From: Chloroflexota bacterium | GTDB taxonomy: Bacteria > Chloroflexota > Dehalococcoidia > Bin125 | Direction: 5' to 3' | Length of the DNA: 64,000 bases | Assembly: GCA_028874365.1 (NCBI GenBank) | Contig: JAPPJZ010000061.1 | Span: 2,352 to 66,351 of the forward strand | In this document: one piece after another, positions 56,256 to 64,000 of the stretch | How positions within the stretch are numbered: position 1 is the stretch's first letter | Layout of the letters: each line of letters starts with the position of its first letter | Notes under the pieces: generated by a model | The model's input: only the letters and a program-made list of their open reading frames with translations | Databases searched by the model: none | What the model was told of the DNA's origin: nothing | Position numbers and translations under genes: made by a program

Positions 56256-57436
56256 TAGAGCACCGCCTCGGAACCGACGATCATGTCGGACACCGGCGTC
56301 ACCATCGGACCCGACGCGACCAGCGACACATTCACATCGTCGACCTGGTTGCAGGACTCGCCGCGCACCTGGCGCACGGCCTCGATGTTCAGTTCCAGAC
56401 CGTGCATGTAGCACTCGGCGAGGTTGCCGCCGCTGGTGTTGATCGGCATCTTGCCGCTCGGCGCGACCAGGTTGTCGAAGGTGATGAACTCGTTGGCCTC
56501 TTCGTAGGTGGTCAGGCCGTGTTCGATGATGCTCATCACGACCCCGCCAGTGAAGTTCTCGTAGACCTGAGCAACGTCGACCTCCTCCGGCTTGACCTGC
56601 GCCATGTCGTACATGCGCGGCGCAACCGTCTTGAAGTTAGAGGTGGCGTAGTCGGTCGCGTTATGCGAGCCGGAACCGGCGCGGTTGCCCGAGCCGACCG
56701 CGCCGCCGAGGAAGTAGACCGGCGTCTTGGCGTAGTCCTTGGCCCGGTCGGCCGAGACGAAGATCATCGCCGCGGCGCCGTCGTTCTCCTGGCAGCAGTC
56801 GAACAGGTGGAACGGCTCGACGATCCAGCGCGAGGCGTCATAGTCCTCGGGCGTCAGCGGACGACCGTACATCACGGCACGCGGATTGTTCTGTGCGTGG
56901 TGATACGAGGCTAGGGAGCATGCCTTGAGCGTGTCCTGGGTAATGCCGTGGTCCTCGTACAGTCGGTGAATCCGCATGGCAAACGACTGCGCCGGCGACA
57001 TCAGTCCGTATGGCGCCGTGTAGGCCTGGTCGCCGCGCACGTGCGGTACGCGAGCGCCCTGCCCGAAGCGTCCGAACTGTCCCTGCGCCAGACCTCGGAA
57101 GACGACTACGGTGTCGGCGAGGCCAGTGGCCACCGCCGACGCCGCGTGAGCGCAGGCCGCCGAGCCGCCGCCGCCACCGCCGCCCCACTCCATGTTGGAG
57201 AAGCGCAGGTCCTTGATGTCGAGCGCCGCGGCGATCCGCGACGGATCGTTGCGGTCGTTGGAGTACGAGGCAAAGCCATCGATCTCACGCGGGTCGATTC
57301 CCGCATCGGCGCTGGCCTTGAGAATCGCCTCGATCACGAGCTTAAACTCCGGATCCGGAGAGCGACCGCGCTTGTAGTAGGTCGTTTCACCGACGCCGAT
57401 GATCGCCACTTCGCCGCGCATCGTGCGGTTACCCAT
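56255..57436 (-). CDS. Thiolase-like protein, SCP-x / nonspecific lipid-transfer-protein thiolase type
   Basis: GEVAIIGVGETTYYKRGRS..., glycine-rich NMEWGGGGGGGSAACAHAA; 393 aa; no N-terminal CoA-acetyltransferase Cys motif of biosynthetic thiolases. Confidence 0.8.
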   Translation of the reverse strand: MGNRTMRGEVAIIGVGETTYYKRGRSPDPEFKLVIEAILKASADAGIDPREIDGFASYSNDRNDPSRIAAALDIKDLRFSNMEWGGGGGGGSAACAHAASAVATGLADTVVVFRGLAQGQFGRFGQGARVPHVRGDQAYTAPYGLMSPAQSFAMRIHRLYEDHGITQDTLKACSLASYHHAQNNPRAVMYGRPLTPEDYDASRWIVEPFHLFDCCQENDGAAAMIFVSADRAKDYAKTPVYFLGGAVGSGNRAGSGSHNATDYATSNFKTVAPRMYDMAQVKPEEVDVAQVYENFTGGVVMSIIEHGLTTYEEANEFITFDNLVAPSGKMPINTSGGNLAECYMHGLELNIEAVRQVRGESCNQVDDVNVSLVASGPMVTPVSDMIVGSEAVL

Positions 57437-57564
57437 CTGACTGTCCTTCCCTGCGCACCTCTAGCGGATGCGCATCGACTGTTGGACGAACCCGTGATCG
57501 AAACTGCGGGCCTTCGCGCGCAGTTTACTTGATGATCGAACCTCGACCGTACGTCAGCCGCCGG

Positions 57565-60042
57565 TTATTGCAGCGCGCCTGCGACCAGTGCGTCAGCGAT
57601 CTCATCTTCGGGCACCGACAGGATTTCGGAGAGCACGTAGTGAGTGTGCTCGCCAATCGCCGGCGCGGCCCGCCGCAGACGCGCCGTCCCGTCCGAGAAC
57701 CGGGTGACGAGGCCGTCGTACGGCGTCGGCCCCATGACCGAGTGGTCGAGCGTGACGAAGAAATCCCGATGCGTGAGCTGGGGATCCTCGTACAGGTCCG
57801 ACGGCCATTCAACGATCGACGCGGGCACACCGGCAGCGATGAGCACGCCAACGACGGCATCCGCTGTCTGAGGCGCGCACCATTCGGCAACCGCCGCCTC
57901 GATCTCGGCCTTGGCCGCGATCCGCGTTGACAGGTCGTCGTACTCGCTGCCGGACCAGTTCTCAAGGCCCGCCGCGTCGCGAAGGGCGTGCCACTGTTCG
58001 GCCGTTTCTGTCGCGATCGCCACGTAGCGTTCCTCGTCACCGACTCGGAACACGCCGTTGGGCGCCGCGTAGAGCGAGCCATGGCCTGGAGCATCGGCGA
58101 CACGGCCGTTCTCGAAATAGTCGAGCAGCAGCGGCGCGTTGAAGTGGATTCCCGCCTCGGTCTGCGCCAGGTCGATGTATTGCCCTTTGCCCGTCATGTC
58201 TCGATAGCGGATCGCCGCGGCCAGCGTGCCGGATCCGAATCGAGGGTTGATGAAGTCGGTGTACGCGCCCCAGGTGCCGGCTGGCTGTCGGTCCGGCCAT
58301 CCGGTGATCCGGTGCAAGCCGGACAGGCAGGCGCCCTGTAACCCGAATCCTGCATAGCTCGACTCAGGACCCCACTGTCCGCGCAAACAGGTGCTGAGCA
58401 TGATGATCTCAGGACGTTCCTCGCTCAGCGTCGCGTAGTCGAGACCGAAGCGCTTCAGCGTGCCGGGCGTGAATGACTCCACGACCACGTCGGCCCAGTC
58501 GACTAGTTGTCTGGCATAGGACAATCCCTGCTCGGTGTCGAGCCGGAGCGCGACACCGAGTTTGGACGAGTTGAAGTTGGCCATGAACTGAGCACGGTCG
58601 AGCCCTGGTTGGTTGTCCTTGAACGGCGGCGCCAGACGCAGCACGTCGGGACGCGTCGCCGACTCGATATGCACCACCGTCGCACCGTGATCGGCCATCG
58701 ACTTTGAGATCAGCGGGCCAACGCCGACCCAGGCGAAGTCGGCGATCTTGACGCCGGAGAGCGCGCCACCGTCGTGGCCGCGCACGCCGTTGGAGGACGC
58801 TGGCGTCCGTGCGGTTCGCTTCGGTGCGCGCCTGACGTCGGACAGCAGGTGCTGATCTTGTCCCATCGCCGGAGCGGGCCGAGCCAGCTGCAACGGCGTC
58901 TCCGATAGCTTGGCAAATGGGCCGGGATAGCGCTTGCCGTCCAGCTCCACCCAGTAGTCCCGCGCTTCCAGGTGCTTGTCGCGGGCGATGTCCTCGACCG
59001 TGTACAGCGGCGCGAGCATGAAGCCGTCCTTCACGGCTCGCGCATAGCATTCGGCCATCGTCCGCTTGGCTACGAAGTTGTGCAGGACTTCATTGGCGAC
59101 CGCCATCATTCTGCCCGCTTCTGCCGGATCCTCCATCGCAGCGCGACCGAGGGCGGCCGCCCATTCATCGATGTCGGCGCCTTCCAGCTCACCGCTCAAC
59201 TCGCCGCTCTCCCCGATCCACTTCATCACTTTGGTCGAGTGGCGCAGACCCAGTCCGCCGGGCACGATGCTGAACGTGACGTAGCCGTCCGCGCACGGAT
59301 GGATTGGGAACACGGCGGGCCCTTCCAACACACCGACCGCTCGGTCGGCGCAGGTGCCGGGCGGATCTCCGCCCGTGTTGGGTGGGAACCCGGTCGCGTG
59401 CATCAGGGTCCAGACGATCGCCGCCTGCATTGAGACGTCGAGGTGTTGCCCCCTTCCGGACAGGTCACGCTCACGTAGGGCGATCGCGGTATCCGCCGCC
59501 GCCTGCACGCCGGAGTGAATGGCTGCCTGTGGATATCCCACCGGTATCGGCGGTCTGTCGCCTTCGCCCTGCAACCCGACCAGTCCGCCGGCGGACTCGA
59601 TCGTCAACTCCGTCGCCGGACGGTTGGCCCACGGTCCATCCTGCCCATAGGGCGTGACCGAGACGTAAATCAGATCGGGATGCTCTGCCTTGACCTCGTT
59701 GTAGCTCAATCCCCAGTCGGCCATGGTCCCCGGATCGAACGACTCGATCAGGACGTCGGCGGTGCCGAGCAGGGCTCGGAAGTCGGCGCGACCCTGTTCG
59801 TCGTCGAGGTCGATAATCACGCTGCGCTTGCCCAGTCCCATGGCGGCCCAGTAGAGGGAACGCCCTGGATCCTGTTCGCTGAACGGGGGCATCTCACGCG
59901 ACGGCGTTCCCCAGGGCGGCTCAACCTTGATCACCTCGGCGCCCATGTCGGCAAGCACACGGCCGGCCATCTCGGCCCGTGAGGTCGCCAGGTCAATCAC
60001 GCGCACTCCGCCCAGCAGGGTGTTCGACGCCTCACTTGTCAT
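57565..60042 (-). CDS. Fused tandem double family-III CoA-transferase (two CaiB/BaiF-type domains in one 825-aa chain)
   Basis: Domain 1: GVRVIDLATSRAEMAGRVLADMGAEVIKVEPP...ADVLIESFDPGTMADWGL. Domain 2: LSGVKIADFAWVGVGPLISKSMADHGATVVHIES...ADVVVESFTPGTLKRFGL. ATG 60042 chosen because GGAG lies 8 nt upstream. Confidence 0.8.
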   Translation of the reverse strand: MTSEASNTLLGGVRVIDLATSRAEMAGRVLADMGAEVIKVEPPWGTPSREMPPFSEQDPGRSLYWAAMGLGKRSVIIDLDDEQGRADFRALLGTADVLIESFDPGTMADWGLSYNEVKAEHPDLIYVSVTPYGQDGPWANRPATELTIESAGGLVGLQGEGDRPPIPVGYPQAAIHSGVQAAADTAIALRERDLSGRGQHLDVSMQAAIVWTLMHATGFPPNTGGDPPGTCADRAVGVLEGPAVFPIHPCADGYVTFSIVPGGLGLRHSTKVMKWIGESGELSGELEGADIDEWAAALGRAAMEDPAEAGRMMAVANEVLHNFVAKRTMAECYARAVKDGFMLAPLYTVEDIARDKHLEARDYWVELDGKRYPGPFAKLSETPLQLARPAPAMGQDQHLLSDVRRAPKRTARTPASSNGVRGHDGGALSGVKIADFAWVGVGPLISKSMADHGATVVHIESATRPDVLRLAPPFKDNQPGLDRAQFMANFNSSKLGVALRLDTEQGLSYARQLVDWADVVVESFTPGTLKRFGLDYATLSEERPEIIMLSTCLRGQWGPESSYAGFGLQGACLSGLHRITGWPDRQPAGTWGAYTDFINPRFGSGTLAAAIRYRDMTGKGQYIDLAQTEAGIHFNAPLLLDYFENGRVADAPGHGSLYAAPNGVFRVGDEERYVAIATETAEQWHALRDAAGLENWSGSEYDDLSTRIAAKAEIEAAVAEWCAPQTADAVVGVLIAAGVPASIVEWPSDLYEDPQLTHRDFFVTLDHSVMGPTPYDGLVTRFSDGTARLRRAAPAIGEHTHYVLSEILSVPEDEIADALVAGALQ

Positions 60043-60150
60043 TTCGATGCTCCGATCTGGAAACTCTGTCCGATCCGACCGACATGCCAAACTCACCTGC
60101 GCCGTTCGCAGGGATTCCCAGCAAGATACCGAAGGTCGCGGGTTTGCGGT

Positions 60151-60381
60151 CTACAGGACCAGGAACATCCTGATCAGGACCGAGAACACGCCGAAGACCA
60201 GCAGCGCGGCGAGAATCCACCAGAGCAATCGAGGCGCATCCTCGCGCGGCTCGTCCGCCCGATTCTCATGGTCGATCCAGTGAGCATGGCGCTCGGGAGG
60301 TGGTCGACGGCGACGCGCCCCGGGCGAGTCCGGCGCGGGCGGCGGCCAAGCGTCTCCGCCGTTGCGCGGGGCTTCCGCCAT
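60151..60381 (-). CDS. Candidate small tail-anchored membrane protein (76 aa; Pro/Arg-rich N-terminus, single C-terminal TM)
   Basis: GGAG 7 nt upstream of ATG 60381. Strongly coding-like GC3. TM helix LLWWILAALLVFGVFSVLIRMFLVL. No homologs recognised. Confidence 0.35.
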   Translation of the reverse strand: MAEAPRNGGDAWPPPAPDSPGARRRRPPPERHAHWIDHENRADEPREDAPRLLWWILAALLVFGVFSVLIRMFLVL

Positions 60382-60524
60382 CTCAGGCTCCTTGCTCGAG
60401 GCATCCTCGATCGGTGATGCCAGTCTAGTCAGCCCTGTCCCGGCAGGGAGAAGGCTCATTCCTGCGCGTAATCAGAGCTGCGACTAGCCTTTGGTTGAGC
60501 AGAAATCAGGAACCGGAGTCTCCC

Positions 60525-61406
60525 GTGGCCCGCATCCTCGTCACTTCCACGCTCGCCCGAGACGGCAAGTCGGTTGTTGCCGCCGGGCTCGGGGCTGCGC
60601 TGCGAGCAACTGGCGCGACTGTCAGACTCGCGCGAGTGGACGATGGGGATTCCGCCGCATCCGACGCGCGTCAGTTCTCGCGAGTCAACGGCGTTCGCGC
60701 GACGTCTGAGCCGGTCTCTGCTTCCGACATCCCGAATGACACTGACCACGTTGTGATTGAGGCAGCCTCAGCCGAGGGCGTCGACGCCGATCGAACCTTG
60801 CTCGTCGTTCGACACGGCGAAGCCGACGACGACACCGTCGCTCGGGCGCTGTCCGAGACCCAACCCGACGCTGTGGTCGTGAATGGCGTCCCGGAACACG
60901 GCGGACCCGCGGCGATGGCCCGGATTGCCGAACTGGGTGGGACCGACATCGCCGCCGTTCCTCAGGATCGACACCTCGCCGCGCCCACCGTGCGCGATAT
61001 CGCTCCCGCCGTGGAGGGCGAGCTTTCAGGCGATGAAGACCTGTTTGATGAGGCCGCTCGGGACCTTGTGATCGGTCCGGTCAGCGCACACGAGGGCATG
61101 GATTACTTCCGCAAGTACCCGGACAAGACCCTGGTCACGCGCCATGACCGGATCGACATCGCGCTCGGCGCGCTGGACTACGAGTCGCTTTGTCTGATCC
61201 TCGCCGGTGGCGAGCCAACCTTGCCGTACGTTGCGCAGCGCGCCGAACGTGAGTCGTTTGCCCTGATCACCACGTCGCAGAGCACGCTGCAAGCGGTCGA
61301 ATCGATTGGGCCGCTGTACGGCAACTCCGCGTTCGTCGGTGAGCGGAAGCTGGCCACTGCGATCGAAATCGTCTCGGCCAACGTCTCAACTCAGGCGCTC
61401 ACCTAG
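60525..61406 (+). CDS. Stand-alone Pta-N-terminal-like protein (BioD-like P-loop-less domain + DRTGG domain)
   Basis: ARILVTSTLARDGKSVVAAGLGAALRATG resembles the Pta N-terminal domain. C-terminal LVTRHDRIDIALGALDYESLCLILAGG matches the DRTGG-type region. GTG 60525 with GGAG 9 nt upstream; TTG 60495 also possible. Confidence 0.55.
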   Translation: MARILVTSTLARDGKSVVAAGLGAALRATGATVRLARVDDGDSAASDARQFSRVNGVRATSEPVSASDIPNDTDHVVIEAASAEGVDADRTLLVVRHGEADDDTVARALSETQPDAVVVNGVPEHGGPAAMARIAELGGTDIAAVPQDRHLAAPTVRDIAPAVEGELSGDEDLFDEAARDLVIGPVSAHEGMDYFRKYPDKTLVTRHDRIDIALGALDYESLCLILAGGEPTLPYVAQRAERESFALITTSQSTLQAVESIGPLYGNSAFVGERKLATAIEIVSANVSTQALT

Positions 61407-62065
61407 AGCTTCCTCAACAAGGTCAGCCCGTCACCGACCGTCAGTTGGACGGAGTCGACGCGCCGATCATCAGTGACGCGTCGGTTGAACGCATCGATTG
61501 CGCGGGTATCAGGATCGCTGGCGTTGCGATCCACGACCTCTCCGCCCCACAGCGTGTTGTCGACAACGATGAGTCCTCCATCGCGCAGCAACGCCAGCAC
61601 GCCCTCGAAGTAGCTCCAGATCGGTTCCTTGTCGGCGTCGATGAATGCGAAGTCGAAGAGGCCGGCTCCCTCGCGACGCAACTGCGCGAGGGTGTCGAGC
61701 GCCGGACCCAGCCTGAGATCGATCTTGTGACGAACGCCGGCTTCGGACCAGTAGCGGCGCGCAATCGATGTCCACTCATCGCTCAGATCACAGGCGACGA
61801 GCCGACCGTCTTCAGGCAGCGCCTGCGCCACAGCCAGCGCCGATGCACCGGTGAACGTGCCGATCTCCAGGGCGCGACGCGCCCCACTCAGCCGAGCAAG
61901 CCAGCCAAGCAGACGAGCCTGATCGGCACCGATCTGCATTCCGCCGGCGGATAATCTCGATGTCTCTGCGCGGAGTCGGCTCCAGACATCGTCCTCTCTG
62001 GTGGATGCCTCTTCGATGTACTGGGCGAGCTCAGCGGTGACGGATACGGTCCTGATCGAGGTCAT
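61403..62065 (-). CDS. Class I SAM-dependent O-methyltransferase, family 3 (caffeoyl-CoA OMT-like)
   Basis: LEIGTFTGASALAVAQALPEDGRLVACDL, FDFAFIDADKE, GGLIVVDNTLWGG. Confidence 0.85.
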   Translation of the reverse strand: MTSIRTVSVTAELAQYIEEASTREDDVWSRLRAETSRLSAGGMQIGADQARLLGWLARLSGARRALEIGTFTGASALAVAQALPEDGRLVACDLSDEWTSIARRYWSEAGVRHKIDLRLGPALDTLAQLRREGAGLFDFAFIDADKEPIWSYFEGVLALLRDGGLIVVDNTLWGGEVVDRNASDPDTRAIDAFNRRVTDDRRVDSVQLTVGDGLTLLRKL

Positions 62066-62193
62066 GGCTGAACCTTACCTGCATGGGAGAAACGTTCCGG
62101 GGAATCTTGCCCCTTGCGAGATTGCCCATAACACTATGCAAACAGTCGAGAGTGTATGTGGCGACGACCACCAAGCGTGAATCGAGGGGGAAT

Positions 62194-62511
62194 ATGGCAG
62201 ACGCGAAGCCTAAGACGAAGGCGCAGATGGCGAAGGCGATCGAAGCGAAGACGGATATCGCGAGCAGAGATGTGAATGAGGTGCTCGACGCCCTCGCCGA
62301 AGTTGTGTTGGAAGACCTGGCGGTCGGTGGTCCTGGCTCCGTCACTGTCGCAGGGCTGCTCAAAGTCGATATCGTCGCCCAGACGGCCCGCCCGGAGCGC
62401 GAAGGCCGCAATCCCGCTACCGGCGAGACCATCACCATTGCGGCGCGACCCGCACTCGATCGCGGCAAGGTTCGCGTGCGCGCGCTGAAGCGCCTGCGCG
62501 ACGTTCTTTAG
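62194..62511 (+). CDS. hup: HU-family nucleoid-associated protein with short Lys-rich N-terminal extension
   Basis: KAQMAKAIEAKTDIASRDVNEVLDALAEVVLE...RNPATGETITIAARPA (HU arm). GAGGGGG RBS before ATG 62194. Confidence 0.85.
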   Translation: MADAKPKTKAQMAKAIEAKTDIASRDVNEVLDALAEVVLEDLAVGGPGSVTVAGLLKVDIVAQTARPEREGRNPATGETITIAARPALDRGKVRVRALKRLRDVL

Positions 62512-62531
62512 TCCATCTACACGAGCCCACG

Positions 62532-63725
62532 ATGCCGCCGCTTCCGCCAACGCATGAGGCCGGGCGGGAGCTGATCGAGCGGCTGACGCCGCACGCCGAG
62601 TTACTGTCGGAACAGGCAGAGGCGCGCGATCGCGACGCCGGATTCCCATTCGTGTCGTTCGATCTCTTGCGCGAGATCGGCTGGATCGCCGCTCCGATTC
62701 CACGCGAGTACGGCGGCGGCGAGTGTTCGTTGGCCGACCTCGTCGCTGCCCAGACCGCGTTAGCCAAGATCGACATGGCACTCGCCTTCTCCTGCGGCAT
62801 GCACCTGATGTCGGTCGGTTCCGAGCGTTCGAACCGCAACTGGCCCGCACAGATCCGTGAGCGCATTTTTCGCTCCGTCGTCCAGGAAGGCGCACTCTGC
62901 AATCAGGTTGCATCGGAACCGGAGCTCGGCTCGCCGCAGGGCGGCGGACGACCGAAAACGGCATTGACGCCAGACGGACCGGGTCGCTGGCGGATCAATG
63001 GGCGTAAATCGTTCACCACGCTCGCGCCCGACCTGACCTGGTTCCTTACCTATTGCGCGCTTGAGGATGGCTCGGGCATGCTCGCCCGGGTCGCTGTTCA
63101 CCGGGACTCGCCGGGTTTGCGCATTGAGGAGACCTGGGACGTCGTCGGGCTGCGCTCGACGGGCTCGCACGACGTCTGGTACGACAACGTCGCGATCACC
63201 GACGACGAGTTCCTGGTCAAGCAGGATCCGGGCCGGGCCGGGCAACGGCACGGTGACTTCGCCTGGTTCGCGCTGCTCGTTTCAGCGGCATCCCTCGGGG
63301 TTGCCGAGGCAGCACGCGACTACACCGTCCACTTTGCACGCCATCGCCGCCCCGGCGGCGCTCCCGGCGTGATCGGCAGCCTGCCGACCGTACGCGCGCA
63401 GGTCGGGGAGATCGATCTGCGAATCATGACTGCACGCGCCTTACTGCACGAAACCGCGTCGGCCTGGGACACGCTCGACGTCGAGTCAAGGGGCAGTCTT
63501 GGGCCGCGCGTCGCAGCAGCGAAACTGCACACCGGCGACACCGCTGTCGACATCGTCGATCGCTGTATGCGCCTGGTCGGCGGAATCTCGCTGCACCGTT
63601 CCGAGCCGCTGGAGCGCTACTACCGAGATGTCCGGGGACCGCTGCACAACCCGCCGATTACGCCGCGCGGACTCGAAGTGATTGCCTCCGCGGCGCTCGA
63701 TCCGCTGCCCGAATCTACTTCTTGA
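62532..63725 (+). CDS. Acyl-CoA dehydrogenase-family protein
   Basis: Three-domain ACAD layout; C-terminal ...RCMRLVGGISLHRSEPLERYYRDVR. Confidence 0.8.
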   Translation: MPPLPPTHEAGRELIERLTPHAELLSEQAEARDRDAGFPFVSFDLLREIGWIAAPIPREYGGGECSLADLVAAQTALAKIDMALAFSCGMHLMSVGSERSNRNWPAQIRERIFRSVVQEGALCNQVASEPELGSPQGGGRPKTALTPDGPGRWRINGRKSFTTLAPDLTWFLTYCALEDGSGMLARVAVHRDSPGLRIEETWDVVGLRSTGSHDVWYDNVAITDDEFLVKQDPGRAGQRHGDFAWFALLVSAASLGVAEAARDYTVHFARHRRPGGAPGVIGSLPTVRAQVGEIDLRIMTARALLHETASAWDTLDVESRGSLGPRVAAAKLHTGDTAVDIVDRCMRLVGGISLHRSEPLERYYRDVRGPLHNPPITPRGLEVIASAALDPLPESTS

Positions 63726-64000
63726 ACGTCGTTTGGAGCCGTCGCGCGACGGCCACGCGATCGTGATCGACACTCCCCAATCCGAGCTGCAGCCAACGGA
63801 GTTCCCTGGCCCAGCGTTCGAGGGGAAGGTCGGCCGAACCGCCAGCGGCACCGTGCAGCGACATCGCGCGATCGACCACTTCGACGGCCGCGCTCTTCGC
63901 GAACGCGGTCGCCTCCAAGCCAAGCGCTTCGAGCTGATTGGATCCCTCGAGGTAGAGGGCTCGCGACGCGGAGACGGCGATCTCGTTGTCGGCGAGCGCG
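63715..64000 (-). CDS. Acyl-CoA dehydrogenase, C-terminal part (gene continues beyond window end)
   Basis: The frame is open to position 64000. It reads ...ALADNEIAVSASRALYLEGSNQLEALGLEATAFAKSAAVEVVDRAMSLHGAAGGSADLPLERWARELRWLQL, an ACAD C-terminal helical domain. Confidence 0.6.
   Translation of the reverse strand, partial: ALADNEIAVSASRALYLEGSNQLEALGLEATAFAKSAAVEVVDRAMSLHGAAGGSADLPLERWARELRWLQLGLGSVDHDRVAVARRLQTTFKK

Overview
This window is a high-GC (~65-68%) bacterial chromosome segment with very dense coding and no transposase, integrase, tRNA, rRNA or CRISPR that I can see. The gene content looks actinobacterial or Chloroflexi-like: several F420-associated enzyme families, a long-N-terminus primary sigma factor and few intrinsic terminators. 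I cannot assign the organism from sequence alone.

The content is mostly core housekeeping and central metabolism:
- Ribosome and translation: rluB-cmk-plsC-ispH, secG-fmt-rlmN, rplY/ctc, gatB, a TrmH methyltransferase and xth.
- Replication and transcription: the dnaG-rpoD macromolecular-synthesis pair.
- Central carbon: glmS, ppsA, ppc, aconitase, mdh, fumC and an acyl-CoA carboxyltransferase.
- A CoA-ester catabolic module on the minus strand: a fused double family-III CoA-transferase, an SCP-x-type thiolase translationally coupled to a DUF35 Zn-ribbon/OB-fold protein, and acyl-CoA dehydrogenases nearby.
- Three tandem aldo/keto reductase paralogs.
- A hydantoinase A/B pair.
- Surface proteins: a partial lamin-tail-domain repeat protein, an Ig-like/CARDB protein, an M28 lipoprotein and a LysM lipoprotein.
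- Small-molecule transforming enzymes: DDN-like, two LLM oxidoreductases, a PPOX-class protein, cupin, DinB-like protein and a cyclase.

The most unusual non-genic signal is a family of composite GC-rich palindromic repeats. It occurs three times within about 2.5 kb (18.5-21.0 kb), always in gaps between co-directional minus-strand genes. One copy is expanded into a ~280-bp nested tandem array with 19-nt sub-repeats. An acidic HTH protein of unknown function sits between two of the copies.

I did not find a recognisable defence or mobile system. The findings below are the loci I consider worth follow-up.
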